NCBI RefSeq assembly: GCF_001194135.2
Contig: NC_068999.1
Span: 44,579,794-44,638,997 of the forward strand
DNA: 59,204 nt
DNA from: Octopus bimaculoides
Lineage: Eukaryota
Direction of reading: 5' to 3'
The position numbers and the translations under genes are program-made. The stretch's first letter is position 1. Every line of letters starts with the position of its first letter. Under the pieces are notes generated by a model. That model saw nothing but the letters and a program-made list of their open reading frames with translations, was not told the origin of the DNA and did no database searches. Positions 27,324 through 39,798 of this stretch are shown piece after piece.

Positions 27324-27535
27324 GTAGNNNNNNNNNNNNNNNNNNNNNNNNNNNNNNNNNNNNNNNNNNNNNNNNNNNNNNNNNNNNNNNNNNNNNNNNN
27401 NNNNNNNNNNNNNNNNNNNNNNNNNNNNNNNNNNNNNNNNNNNNNNNNNNNNNNNNNNNNNNNNNNNNNNNNNATTCTCCTCCTCCCGAATTCCAGGCCT
27501 TGTGCCTTTAGCAGAGAAGATTATTATTATTATTG
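27085..27535. repeat. Cluster of SINE-A tail fragments separated by (AGT)n/(ATT)n and a gap
   Basis: Tail-like pieces at about 27085-27120 (-), 27205-27265 (+) and 27474-27535 (+). Confidence 0.55.
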
Positions 27536-27545
27536 CCGTTGTTCA

Positions 27546-27761
27546 GGTGGTGAGCTGGCAGAAACGTTAGCACGCCAGACGAAGTACTTAACAGTATTTC
27601 GACCGTCGCTACGTTCTGGGTTCAAATTCCGCCGAGGTCGACTTTGCCTTTCATCCTCTCGGGGACGATAAATTAAGTACCAGTTGTGTATTGAGGTCGA
27701 TTAAATCGACTGGCGCCCTCCCCCAAAATTTCAGGCCTTGAGCCTATAGTAGAAAGAATTG
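27546..27761 (+). mobile_element. SINE family A, full length
   Basis: GGTGGTGAGCTGGCAGAAACGTTAGCACG..GGGTTCAAATTCCGCCGAGGTCGAC..AGTAGAAAGAATT. Confidence 0.9.
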
Positions 27762-30488
27762 TTGCTGTTGTTGTTACTACTACTACTACTACTACTACGT
27801 CGACGACGCCTGTGTGTCACGTATTTGTGTCTCTCCGGATGTTGAAAGAAATTTGTTGATATTTCATGACGTCATTGTTGATTTTTGCATTCTTTTTGTT
27901 GCTGATCAGACCAGAACGGCTGGTTGGTTCGTTTGCTCTTGTACCCTGTGGGACTATACGTTTTAAACAAACACAACAACAACAACAACAACAACAACAA
28001 CATATCCAACTACAACAACAACGATAACATCGAAAATAAACTAAACGTTTATAACAATTATATGACCATTAACATGCTAATTGGTTACAGAAATACTCTG
28101 TTTTTCATCCGAAAATCCTAATGTTACGAACAGCATCGACATTGGTGACGAGTCAAATATCAGCGGAAAGTGGAAGGTGAAGCAATCAGTGGAAGGAAAC
28201 ACAAATGGATTAATCGTGGCAGGAAGAAAGAAGACTTAAGTGCTGTATAAGTGGTCCCCTCATTCACCCAAAGAACTTCTATCAGCAGAGGAGGATATTG
28301 CGGGAAAATGCAGTTTAGCTTACATTGCAACCACAGAAACGAGAGTAGCAACATGGGTAATTAGAGGAACCAACGGCAACGGCAGCAACACAAATGAGAA
28401 CAGCCTCATTAAGAAGAACAGCAACTCTAACGATAGCAGAAACCACAAACAATAACAAAGCAACACGAAAAAGACAGCTGTACAGCCCCTACCGGAAACC
28501 AATGAATCACTTACCTCTCGCGACCACCGAAGCACAAAATAGTCACAATTTACCAATGTATGTACTCGTATGAGTCCAAGTGGTTTTGCCCATGCCTGAA
28601 TTCTCATTAATTGCAACATCTCGTTATCGAAGCAGGGCGAGACTAGCTCCTTTTAAGGAACCGTTGTCGATGCGGAGGCAAAAGTAGACACCAAAAACCG
28701 CTTCAAGGTACCAACATGTACAAAAGTTATGTACGAAACATTACAAGAAAAGCAACTTCTTCGGACAAACAAACGACCCGAAATACAAAAAGCATTTTTG
28801 ACATGGAATTATTTCATTAGAAATCAAGCAAATTCATTTTAAAGAAGTTTTTCAAGGAACCTTATCCACGACTGAGAATACTGCATTATCTAAGAACTTA
28901 AGTTTTTTTTTTCTTTGCCTGATTAACATGTCCCTATTCCAAAATGCATAAATTAAGCAGTGTCACATTTCAACGACATCCAATCAGTAAATTTAGATAG
29001 TGCAGCCATAATAGAACCAAAATTCCTGGAAGAACGTCTTCATACTCGCTTTGATGTTCATGTGGACATTCCTCTCTATTTCAGAAAGGTTTGACTTTCA
29101 AATGAGGGACGAGACGAACATCCTGGAATCGGACGTTAACTGAACAGTACGATATGAGAAGTACCGAAAGCGATGCCTTCTGACTAGTAGATGTCTGTGA
29201 CCCATCGATGCCAGGGCGGTTATATTTCTTCAGATGTGTAGAAGTGTTATTGAGAACGTTCAGTGCTTTTAATGCTAGCAGGAGGAAGAAATATCTTAGA
29301 CGAGGAATAAGTGAGATTATCTGATAAGAGAAACACGTTAAAAGCTTTGCAGACGTGTTCAGTTCTGTCTGATAGGCACCGACTAGATTTCCTGAATGCG
29401 CCAGTGTGAGTATGGAACAACTGCATATGTTTTCAGGAGAGCGAAGACCTGAGCGGCTCCGGGTCTACGGAAATCCCAACCCGATGAGATATCTCGTATG
29501 AGCGATGAGGACTCGAGAGAGAGCTGTGCCGATATATGCAGATGGTATTATAATAACGATGACCAATGTGGCTGATTCGAGCGGCACTTTGCTAACAGGA
29601 AAGATATCGGAAGGATCTGTATAGACAACTAGTTTTTGGCTAATAGTCGGATACAAGGTCATGTCGGTAATATATGCTATTCAAGGAATGGTGAGGGAAG
29701 TAAAATCTGATTGATGGTGTAGAACAGAAAGCCAAATGTTGAAATAAATGTAAATTTACTGCTTTCTCCCCAGCAGAAAAGGAAAATTGAAAAAAAAAAA
29801 AACGAAAAGAAAATATGGGAGATAGCTAGTTACAGAGACAGCAGAAACAACATTTTATCTAGCGATAAAATGTTCACAGCGTGGAAAACCTACAGCGACC
29901 GGGTTAATGAATTAGTTAAGCGGCAGTTGACCACTCTTAAGCGGTTGATTAGAGTAGGATCGATATTATTCCGCAGATAAGTAGCGATTGAGAGAAAAAA
30001 AATATTAGCAGGGAAGCTATTGACCAAATTAGAAATTCACTCTAGCTATTTCCGGAGCTGTTATCTCTGTTTCCACTAATAGCAATTCTGATAATAGCCA
30101 AATCGAAAACAAATGATATCACTTCTTTATGAGTTCCACAAGTACCAGGTGTAGACAACGGTGTAGGGTACAGAGAAACCAAGAAGCATCCTATTCCTGC
30201 AACAGAGCCGACCATAGACTAGGAGCAGTGGTACAACCGTCACGTGTTTCAGCGGCGAAAAAAAAAAGAGACACTGCAGAATGGTAAGAAACTATTTGGG
30301 ACAATGGAAAAAGAAAGCGATACAATATATAAAGCCTGCTCCCAAATAAAAAGCAAGCAAGAGGATGGAAGTTCCTTAGAACCAGCCTCTCCCCTATATC
30401 CTTGATTGTCTGACTGAGTTGCACGTTAGGAAATCGTGTAAATTCCATGGATCCTAATTGTTAGTATTATTCAAGGATTATTATTATT

Positions 30489-30700
30489 GCGACGTGGCAG
30501 AGTCGTTAGCACGCCTGGCAAAATGCTATGCGGCATTTCGTCTATCTTTACGGTCTGAGTTCAAATACCGCAGCGGTCGACTTTGCCTTTCATCCTTTCG
30601 ATACAATAAATACCAGTTGAACACTGGGGTCAATGTAATCGACCTGTCCCTTCCCTCAAAGTTTCAGGCCTTGTGCCTTCTGTAAAAAGGTTTATTATTG
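30489..30700 (+). mobile_element. SINE family A, full length; (ATT)n tail interrupted by a LINE fragment
   Basis: Homologous to the other A copies; the tail TTATTATT resumes at 30905 after the insertion. Confidence 0.9.
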
Positions 30701-30711
30701 TTTTATTGTCC

Positions 30712-30904
30712 TTGCACAGCTCCTAACGCTGGAAAGGTACGACAGTGTCAGCTGTTCACTACCATTGACCTAAGGTAACACCCCTTATTTTTCGAGCACC
30801 ATCCGGAGTATTCGAGCGGCTCCAAGCAGTGCTGTTTTCTGTAAGTGTTCCACTCTTATTGCAGCCCCTATTTGTTCCATGTACTTGCAGCCCCTATCTG
30901 TTCC
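30712..30904 (-). mobile_element. 5'-truncated R4/Dong-like (RLE-type) non-LTR retrotransposon 3' end
   Basis: Minus frame YMEQIGAAIRVEHLQKTALLGAARILRMVLEK* (stop 30785-30787); the LQKxxLLGTxRIL C-terminus is typical of R4/Dong-clade ORFs; second copy at 38828. Confidence 0.7.
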
Positions 30905-30924
30905 ATTATTATTATTATTATTAT

Positions 30925-30971
<47 letters not shown>

Positions 30972-31239
30972 TCATCATCATTACTATTATTAATGATAAA
31001 CGAGGGGTAGAATTGCCGAAATTGCTTGAGAATTGAAAAATAAAGAGCCTTGTCGTAATTATGGCTGTGTATTCTAAATCAAATCCTTTCTAGGTCAAAT
31101 TTGTTTTAAATCCTTCCGGGGCTCGATAACAAATAGTACCAGTCAAATTCGGTTTTTCCCTTGTAGCAGTTTTGGGACTTATTGGCAATTTTACAACTTT
31201 TCATTATCGAAATGCGTAGATTGATAAAAAAAAACAAAA

Positions 31240-31430
31240 ACGTTAGAGCTGTCAGACAAACAGCCTTATGGAGTTTAGTTATGTCTCTTTACGATCTGAG
31301 TTTCAATTCCAGGTGGAGTTAAATTTGCATTTAATCCTTCTAAGGTCGACAACATAATTACCGTAGAATTATTGATTGGACGCTGATCCAATCGATTATA
31401 CTTTGCTACAAATATTCTATGGCTTTGTAA
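31240..31430 (+). mobile_element. Old, highly diverged SINE-A-like copy
   Basis: AACGTTAGA..TTTACGATCTGAGTTTCAATTCC..TTTGCATTTAATCCTTC..GGTCGAC..GATCCAATCGA. Confidence 0.5.
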
Positions 31431-32734
31431 CATTTTTTAGTTCTTGTAATACTACGATGTTGCCATTTTCTGATTTGGTTACTGAAAACGACTCCTTGTT
31501 CAGATATTTCAGAGAATTTATTCTCTTTTTTTCCCCCCTTTTTTGTTATAATTATCCATTTATTCAATGATCGTGCACATTTATCTCATTTGATCGCTTC
31601 CTAATTTTTTGATACGTACGGCTAAATAACAATACATAACATTAACATATTGACATATTCCGTCAGCGGGGATAACAAGCCGCGATGGAAAGAGCCATAA
31701 AGGCGGCCAGATCTCATCTTCCAGTAAGGTTATTTGCAAAGGAGATGAAGTGTGAGCATAAAAGGATATATTTGTCGTTGTTTACATCGTTTACACCGAC
31801 ATTACAGACTAATTCACGTACTTAGAGAAACGACGAAAATAAACGCATCCATGTACATATGGACTGATACACTCACTAACATTTTTCTGAACATGTATGT
31901 AAATATATAAATGTATATATATATATATATATATATACAGAAAGAGAGTGGCATTCATACTCACGCACATATATACACACACACATATATATATATATAG
32001 TGAGACAGAGATTGTGGTGAGGGTGAGACGTATATGTGTCTGTTAGTGTGTATACGATTGTGTGTTCATGTACATGCGATAGACACAAACACGCACACAC
32101 GTTTATATCTACCCATACATATATATTTATATCAATGCCTGTCTATGTATGCATCACTCTCGCTCTAACTAAACATACATACATTCATATTTATTTGCCT
32201 AATTATAAATAACCACATACGTCCATTCATACATAGGATGAAAGAATAAATACCTGTTTTTAAATTGCCCCAATGAACCATCTCCTTAGAAGACAACCCT
32301 ACGCACACAAGCGAACACGCACATACGCGAACACGCACACACGCGAACACGCACACACTCGAATACACCGCGCATGATCAGACATCTATTCTCCGTTGGT
32401 AATTGGATGGTCGAAACAAACTTGTTTCGAGTTAAGCTCACACTTAATCCCATTACGGATCTACAACACTTCGAAGAAAACGGAGGGCGTGTAAATTAGG
32501 CATATAAGTCATCCGTAATTTTTGGATTTTCCATTTGTCCTTATTACATGCTATAATTTGGGACAAATCCCTGCATCTTGTGCACACTGAAAAAGTCAAA
32601 ATTCAAGAGCATTGTTACAAAATAATACCGTGACGCTTTCTTTGCTTATAAATCGAATCAGAAATTCGTGCACTTCATGTTTGTTTCGTTTCTTATTCTC
32701 TTATTATTCCTTTCCTTCTTTTTCTTTTCTATAT

Positions 32735-32825
32735 TTATCTTTTGCTTGTTTCATTCATTAAACTGCGGCCATGCTGGGATATCACCTCGATGTGCTTACT
32801 TCAACAAATTGATGCCGAAATGCCA
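32735..32825 (-). mobile_element. SINE family B tail
   Basis: TTGTTTCATTCATTAAACTGCGGCCATGCTGG. Confidence 0.65.
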
Positions 32826-32949
32826 CGTGACGGAGACAAAAACAGAATGTTGCTTCTCAGGCTATGAAGTATCAATTTGTGATGTGGTGGTGGTGGTGGT
32901 GGTGGAAGATTTCTGCAGCTTCTCATTCAGACTTTCAATCACGTGCCCC

Positions 32950-32971
32950 AGCCTTAGGTATTTTTTGCTGA

Positions 32972-33035
<64 letters not shown>

Positions 33036-33121
33036 TATTCAAGGCACTAACTGGAATTGAACTCTGAATCTCGGGGGTTAGTAACCCGCGCTGTTACCTA
33101 TTACGCTATATGCCCATGGGC
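32950..33121 (-). mobile_element. SINE family D, 3'-truncated (head plus (AAT)n; hammerhead segment absent)
   Basis: Reverse complement GGGCATATAGCGTAATAGGTAACAGCGCGGGTTACTAACCCCCGAGATT..(AAT)n AACATC..AAAAATACCTAAGG. Confidence 0.75.
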
Positions 33122-36100
33122 ATATAGTAGTAGATTCGCAACGTAAAGTTATTCAGTACACGAAACCTTGAAAGAATATAATCTTTGGTAGACGTTGAAG
33201 CATTACTCGTGACCCATTTTTTTTTTCGATACAACCATTAGTTGTTGGCAAACTTAGAACATGCGTTAATAAGCACATGATTAAATACTTTTGCATTTTC
33301 CATAGTAACCTTTATAATGTCGGCCCTACCACTTTCAACTTGCAGTATGGTTGTCTGTTATAAGCCGCACAAAATTCAGAATTTCAATTATATCTGATCT
33401 GATTCAATAATGAAATTGTTTAATTCTTATTCCCGTGATTTAAATGGTAAATACTTACTAGATCTGTTGCACGTTGCTTAAAAACCTCCCGCATAGATAA
33501 AACAATTAGTAAATGTTATCAACTAAATCCATGTCTAGAAAATCAATTTTAATTTATCAACGAGTCCATTTAAATTATGTCATACCCCATAAACATATAC
33601 TTTCAGCAATCCACCAGATGTGCAGCTCTTATCAAATTATATTTATATTTTAAAATAACTCCGTATTCTTCCATCAAAATATGAAATTTTGGAACAACCA
33701 GCGTATCCGAAAAACAAATGACCTTATTTTATTGCAAATTGGGAATGTATTCAATAGAAATTTTCAAACACAAATATTTTCATTTTTCTTTTAAAATACC
33801 AGACCCCCATTGTTAATTAATTATATATAGTTACACCCCTTGTTCCATTGATCTTATATCAATTTTCACACGCCAATGATTTTTATAATTAATTTATGCC
33901 GTTACATTCAACAATTTACAATTATTATTCAGATTACTTCCCTTTCTGAAAATGTTTTACCATTGTTTCGGAACTTTTTAAATATTTAAGTTGATTTCTC
34001 CCTCTCCCCTTTTTTTCTCATTGTCTTTCTATTTATTAGTGATTCTCTTTTAAATACAAAGCTAATATAAGTTTTATATAAATCAACATGATACATAATG
34101 AAGCTGTCTCTTTCTCTTTACATTCATTGCTTTATTTTTCACAGCCACCCGTTTGTTTTTAATTTTCTTCATCTTTCGATCACATACATCATTAATATAC
34201 ATTTTTTTACAATTATAATATTTTTGTGTTTTTATTCCATGCTGTTTTCCTTCTTCGTTCTATATCACTATATCCCTTTCTTTTCCTTTCTTTTTTCTTT
34301 TTCGTTTTTAATGTTTATTTCTTCCGTTCTATCCTGCAGCCATTTAATTTTTCATCTATAACGATTTTTTCGTATCAACGTTAACATTATTGAATTCCAA
34401 TATTCTATGACATTCCATGTACGTTTTCAAATGTTCTGTTTGGATTATATAAAATACCTAACACCCATATACGATTAGGGAAACGGTACGTAAAACAGCG
34501 ATGTTGAGGCAACGCAGGACGAGACAACCAGAAACATACGACGAAATATGAAGGAAAATCATTGTCCCACATATATTTAGATCTACATAAATAACAAAAA
34601 AGGATTCAGACAAATCACACAAAAGGGACAAAGTATCATTGGCTAATGAATATTGAGTAGGCGTCTTTGGATTGAAGTAAAACAGGGAATATCGGGACAA
34701 TGTGCCAATGGATAACACCGAGAGGAAACGACAGTTAGTTTCTGACGTTAACCGTTGACAGATGATAAACGAAGGAGAGATACAGCAATGAAGGAGGTGA
34801 CTACAAGCGTGATAAGTATGGAAGTGAGAAAGGAGAAAAGGCATTAAGAGGTAGAAAAGTATGCGAGGCACAGAAGAGAGTAGAAGTTGAGAAGAAAGAA
34901 GACAAGTGGAGAAGAGAAAGAGAGAGATGTACATATATANNNNNNNNNNNNNNNNNNNNNNNNNNNNNNNNNNNNNNNNNNNNNNNNNNNNNNNNNNNNN
35001 NNNNNNNNNNNNNNNNNNNNNNNNNNNNNNNNNNNNNNNNNNNNNNNNNNNNNNNNNNNNNNNNNNNNNNNNNNNNNNNNNNNNNNNNNNNNNNNNNNNN
35101 NNNNNNNNNNNNNNNNNNNNNNNNNNNNNNNNNNNNNNNNNNNNNNNNNNNNNNNNNNNNNNNNNNNNNNNNNNNNNNNNNNNNNNNNNNNNNNNNNNNN
35201 NNNNNNNNNNNNNNNNNNNNNNNNNNNNNNNNNNNNNNNNNNNNNNNNNNNNNNNNNNNNNNNNNNNNNNNNNNNNNNNNNNNNNNNNNNNNNNNNNNNN
35301 NNNNNNNNNNNNNNNNNNNNNNNNNNNNNNNNNNNNNNNNNNNNNNNNNNNNNNNNNNNNNNNNNNNNNNNNNNNNNNNNNNNNNNNNNNNNNNNNNNNN
35401 NNNNNNNNNNNNNNNNNNNNNNNNNNNNNNNNNNNNNNNNNNNNNNNNNNNNNNNNNNNNNNNNNNNNNNNNNNNNNNNNNNNNNNNNNNNNNNNNNNNN
35501 NNNNNNNNNNNNNNNNNNNNNNNNNNNNNNNNNNNNNNNNNNNNNNNNNNNNNNNNNNNNNNNNNNNNNNNNNNNNNNNNNNNNNNNNNNNNNNNNNNNN
35601 NNNNNNNNNNNNNNNNNNNNNNNNNNNNNNNNNNNNNNNNNNNNNNNNNNNNNNNNNNNNNNNNNNNNNNNNNNNNNNNNNNNNNNNNNNNNNNNNNNNN
35701 NNNNNNNNNNNNNNNNNNNNNNNNNNNNNNNNNNNNNNNNNNNNNNNNNNNNNNNNNNNNNNNNNNNNNNNNNNNNNNNNNNNNNNNNNNNNNNNNNNNN
35801 NNATATATATATATATATATACATATATGCATATATACACACACATATATATATACGTTTATATCTATCTCTGTGTGTGTACGTGTATGTGTGCGTGTGT
35901 GTGCGTCTGTGTGTGTGTGTGTCTGTGTATGTGTGTGTGAGTGTGTGTGTATGTAAATATTCTATTATGTTTTCATGTATATTTATTAGCGACAGAGTTG
36001 AAGTTCAGGTCATTGTTGTCCAGAAATGAGACGAATTATTATAATTATTATTAAATATGAATAATACAAAAGAGGAAAAAGAAAAGGAAAAACGTAAAAG

Positions 36101-36748
36101 AGAAACAAAGAAGAATATCAAAAGTCAAAGAAATACGGTTAATGACTTGTCTCTCCTATCAAGGCCACAAACACGCCATTTCCGGAAATATGGCCGTAAA
36201 CCACAACTAATGCATTGCAATGAGAGAAGAAGTGTCTTTGAGAGGACGAAAGTTATATATAAGGCTGTATAAAATAGTTTCCACGTGAACGGCAGAGCAC
36301 GTGGAGGGTGGAAAAAAAAGAAACGTGATAAAAGAGAGTGAAAGAGAGTGAGGTAGACATAAAAAATGGATGAAGAAAGGAAGATGAAGGAAAAAAGAGT
36401 GGCCAAATTATATTTAAGACATCCACGCAGCATCTAGGAACTGGTCATCTATGGAAACAAATATTCTTCGTGAGGTCACATATCACTTGTGGCGAATCGG
36501 CTCACAACCATAAGATTTGTTTGTTCAAGTTCTGGATCCGGTTAGATATTTTACATCCGTGAGCAAAGCACTGAACTGCGCTGCAGTCCTAGAGAAGCTG
36601 AAAGTCCAAAGACAACTATTGTCGACAATCAAATCCTCAAAGCTATCATATTCTTTCTTAATCCGCTACAAATCCCAAGGAAATTGTGTATTAGTATATT
36701 TTCTGTTGTTTATTAGCTTTCTATCATTTATAATACTGCGTTTATGAA

Positions 36749-36959
36749 GGCGGCGAGCTGGCAGAAACGTTAGCACGCCGGATGAAATGCTTAGCGGCAT
36801 TTCGTCTGTCTTTACGTTCAGAGTTCAAATTCCGCCGAGGTCGACTTTGCTTTTCATCCTTTCGTGATCGATAAATTAAGTACCAGTTGCGTACTGGGTC
36901 GATCTAATCGACTGGCCCTCCCATCGAAAATTTCAGGCCTTGCGCCTAGAGTACAAAAC
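36749..36959 (+). mobile_element. SINE family A, full length, well preserved (reference copy)
   Basis: GGCGGCGAGCTGGCAGAAACG A-box-like, GAGTTCAAATTCC B box, body and tail. Confidence 0.92.
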
Positions 36960-37160
36960 AATCGTTAGCAACGCCGGGCGAAATGCTTAGCGGCATTTCG
37001 TCCGCCTTGCCGTCACGAGTTCAAATTCCACCGAGGTCGACTTCGCCTTTCATCCTTTCGCGGTTGATAAAACAACTACGAGTTGGGTACTGGGGTGGAT
37101 GTGGGCAACTAGCCCCATCCCAGCAAATTTCAGGCCTTGTGCCTTTAGTAGAAAGGATTA
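36960..37160 (+). mobile_element. SINE family A second unit, head-to-tail with the preceding copy
   Basis: Starts at AATCGTTAGCA immediately after the first tail. Confidence 0.9.
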
Positions 37161-37638
37161 TATTGCGGTTATGCTGGGACATACGCTGTTACAGCGAATT
37201 TTCGTCCCACTCTTATTTTATCTTTGTCCCACGGAACGTGAAGCAGAGAATCTTTGTTCGACACAGTTTTTTGTGCATGTAAATACGAGGGGGTGCCGAA
37301 AAGTTACTGGCATCAGTTAAGTACTTTTATTCAACATACTCCCCTCCAAGGTTCACATACTTATTGCAAAAGTCCCCCAGTTTTTCTAATACTTGTAAAA
37401 GAACTCGGATTGTTGGGCCCGCAACCAGGCCTTTCGCGACACCCTTAAAGCCAGGAGCTTTCAGAAACCCCTCAGTGTGTCTTTGATTGAGTGTGTATAA
37501 ATACATGTATACACACGCGCACATGCAAACATATGCGCGCACGCACACACACGCACACATACACACACACGCATATGTATATACATACAGACTGAGTGAG
37601 AGATAGCTAGCTAGCAAGCTAGACAGATAGATGGTTAA

Positions 37639-37685
<47 letters not shown>

Positions 37686-38034
37686 TGTAGTTTTATTTTC
37701 ACGTGTATGTGCATAAATATATACATATATGAATATGCATCTATATATATGTACATTTGCGTATATATGTATATACACACACATACACATACATATATAT
37801 GTACATTTTGCGTATATATGTATATACACGCACATACGCACAAATATGTATGTATGTATGTATGTATATGTGTGCGCGTGTGTTTATGTATGTGTGTGTG
37901 TGTTCTTGTGTATATACGCAGGAAAAAAAAATGATCGTCGAACAAAGCTTCTCTGCTTCTCGTTCAGAGGGAGAAAGATAAAATAAGAAACGAAAATTCG
38001 TTGCAACATCTTATGTCCCAGCATAACTGCAATG
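37161..38034. mobile_element. Non-autonomous DNA transposon with ~100-bp TIRs and TA target duplication
   Basis: 37161-37262 is an imperfect inverted copy of 37937-38034 (ATTGC(G/A)GTTATGCTGGGACATA..GAATTTTCGT..CTTATTTTATCTTT..GAAGCAGAGAA.CTTTGTTCGAC); TA at 37159-37160 and 38035-38036. Confidence 0.8.
37286..37475 (-). mobile_element. Mariner-derived MITE nested in the TIR element
   Basis: TA|CGAGGGGGTGCCGAAAAGTTACTGGC with inverted GCCAGGAGCTTTCAGAAACCCCTC; minus frame ends LEKLGDFCNKYVNLGGEYVE*, resembling the mariner transposase C-terminus. Confidence 0.75.
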
Positions 38035-38770
38035 TAGTAAATGATAGAAAGTTTTAAAAAATAATAATAAAATTTCAAAAATACACTAATATACGACGTC
38101 CTTGAGATGTGTAGCGGATTAAGAAAGGTTCAGGATTGTATTATTATTTTGCCGCTTTGGTATGTAGATTTGGCACACAGAGATTTGGAAGTTTAGCTTG
38201 TACAGCGACTTAGAGGGATTCAGCGATCTAATCTTGATATTTTATGCTCTATATGCAATATCGTATAGTTTGTCCAATATATCACTATATTTTGTCTGCT
38301 TGTATATTTACCTGTGGTATTGTTTAATTCCAGATTTACTCAGAACACGCCGACCTACAATAGTAGTAATCCAAGAGAAAAAATATAGAACACGGCTCTG
38401 GAAAAAAAATAAGTCATAGAATGCAAAGGAAAAAAATAAAATGCTGATCTTTGGTTTTAGTTACATATATCTGTAAGACTAATTGAGGAAAACAAAGCAA
38501 TCCTTGGAAAATATTAAAATAATCTTGGATATTCTGAGTAAGCAGAACGAAGATGTAGATTCTTAGAAGTCACTAAATGTCATTAAATGGAAACATGCTA
38601 ATTCAATTCATTCCGAGTTTATTTCTGTGAATTCTTCGAAATGTCTCCAGTCTTTTGTAATTATCATCAATTTCTGGTGTTCGTTTATTTTCCTGTTAAT
38701 ACTATTTACGACACAACCAATTTCTAACGTATTATAGAAGGGGCACTGTATCATCATCATCATCATCATC

Positions 38771-38827
<57 letters not shown>

Positions 38828-39022
38828 GCATTTGCACAGCTTCTAACGCTGGAGATGTACTGCGGTGTCAGCTGTTCACTACCAGTGAACTAAGGTAACA
38901 CTTCTTATTTTTCGAGCACCTTCTGGAGTATTCGAACAGTTCCAAGCAGTGCTGTTTTCTGCAAGTGCTCCACCCTTATTGCAGCCCCTATTTGTTCCAC
39001 GTAGCGCACGAGACTTTTGCCC
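38828..39022 (-). mobile_element. 5'-truncated R4/Dong-like retrotransposon 3' end with (AAT)n(GAT)n tail
   Basis: Minus frame YVEQIGAAIRVEHLQKTALLGTVRILQKVLEK* (stop 38905-38907); colinear with 30712-30880; microsatellite at 38749-38827. Confidence 0.7.
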
Positions 39023-39225
39023 ATTGCTACCACCTTTTTACTGTTCCGTTTTTCTCTCTTTCTCTCTCTTATTCTTTTACCTCCTCTTCTCCCACTATTC
39101 TATCCTATTACTCTGCCACTCTCTCTCTCTCTCTCTCTCCAGCACTCCTCCACCCTTGCTCACATGGCTCGCACGTGACCATCGGCCATCTTTTTTCTGA
39201 TATTATAACTAAAAACGAAAAAATA

Positions 39226-39259
<34 letters not shown>

Positions 39260-39333
39260 TATACACAAATATATGTATAGATATGCATATACATATTTAC
39301 ATATACATATATATCTACATACATATACATATG

Positions 39334-39410
<77 letters not shown>

Positions 39411-39731
39411 GCATATGGACATATTTGTCATATTAAAGCGTATCAATTCACTGGCTGTTAATTTTAACCTATTTCTTGCATGTGTGTGTCTGTGTGCGTG
39501 ATGTATGTCTGTGTCTGAATGCGTGTGTTCGGGTGTATCCATTTGTGTGTGCGTGTGTATGCGAGCGCGCGTGTGTATGTGAGCGCACGTGTGTATCTCT
39601 GTGGTATGAAAAAGCGCACGAATATGTTAAATATATATTATTTGTGTGTAATTTATTCAAGAACAAGAAGGAAGACGATCCAGAGTGAATATTTGTTTTT
39701 GTGTGTGCTAGACACATCGATAGGGAAATGG

Positions 39732-39798
<67 letters not shown>

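Noticed and set aside
28563-28620. Minus-frame GMGKTT P-loop-like word
   Set aside because: Not a full Walker A motif, and the frame is closed by stops on both sides within about 27 codons.
32411-32430. Palindrome TCGAAACAA-AC-TTGTTTCGA; similar 9-bp hairpin at 20478-20503
   Set aside because: A few 9-bp stems are expected by chance in 59 kb of AT-rich DNA, and nothing else supports them.
34458-34939. About 160 stop-free codons on the minus strand (end of ORF 34458..35846)
   Set aside because: The strand is pyrimidine-rich, which suppresses stop codons; the product is low-information Leu/Ser/Phe-rich with no motif or splice support.
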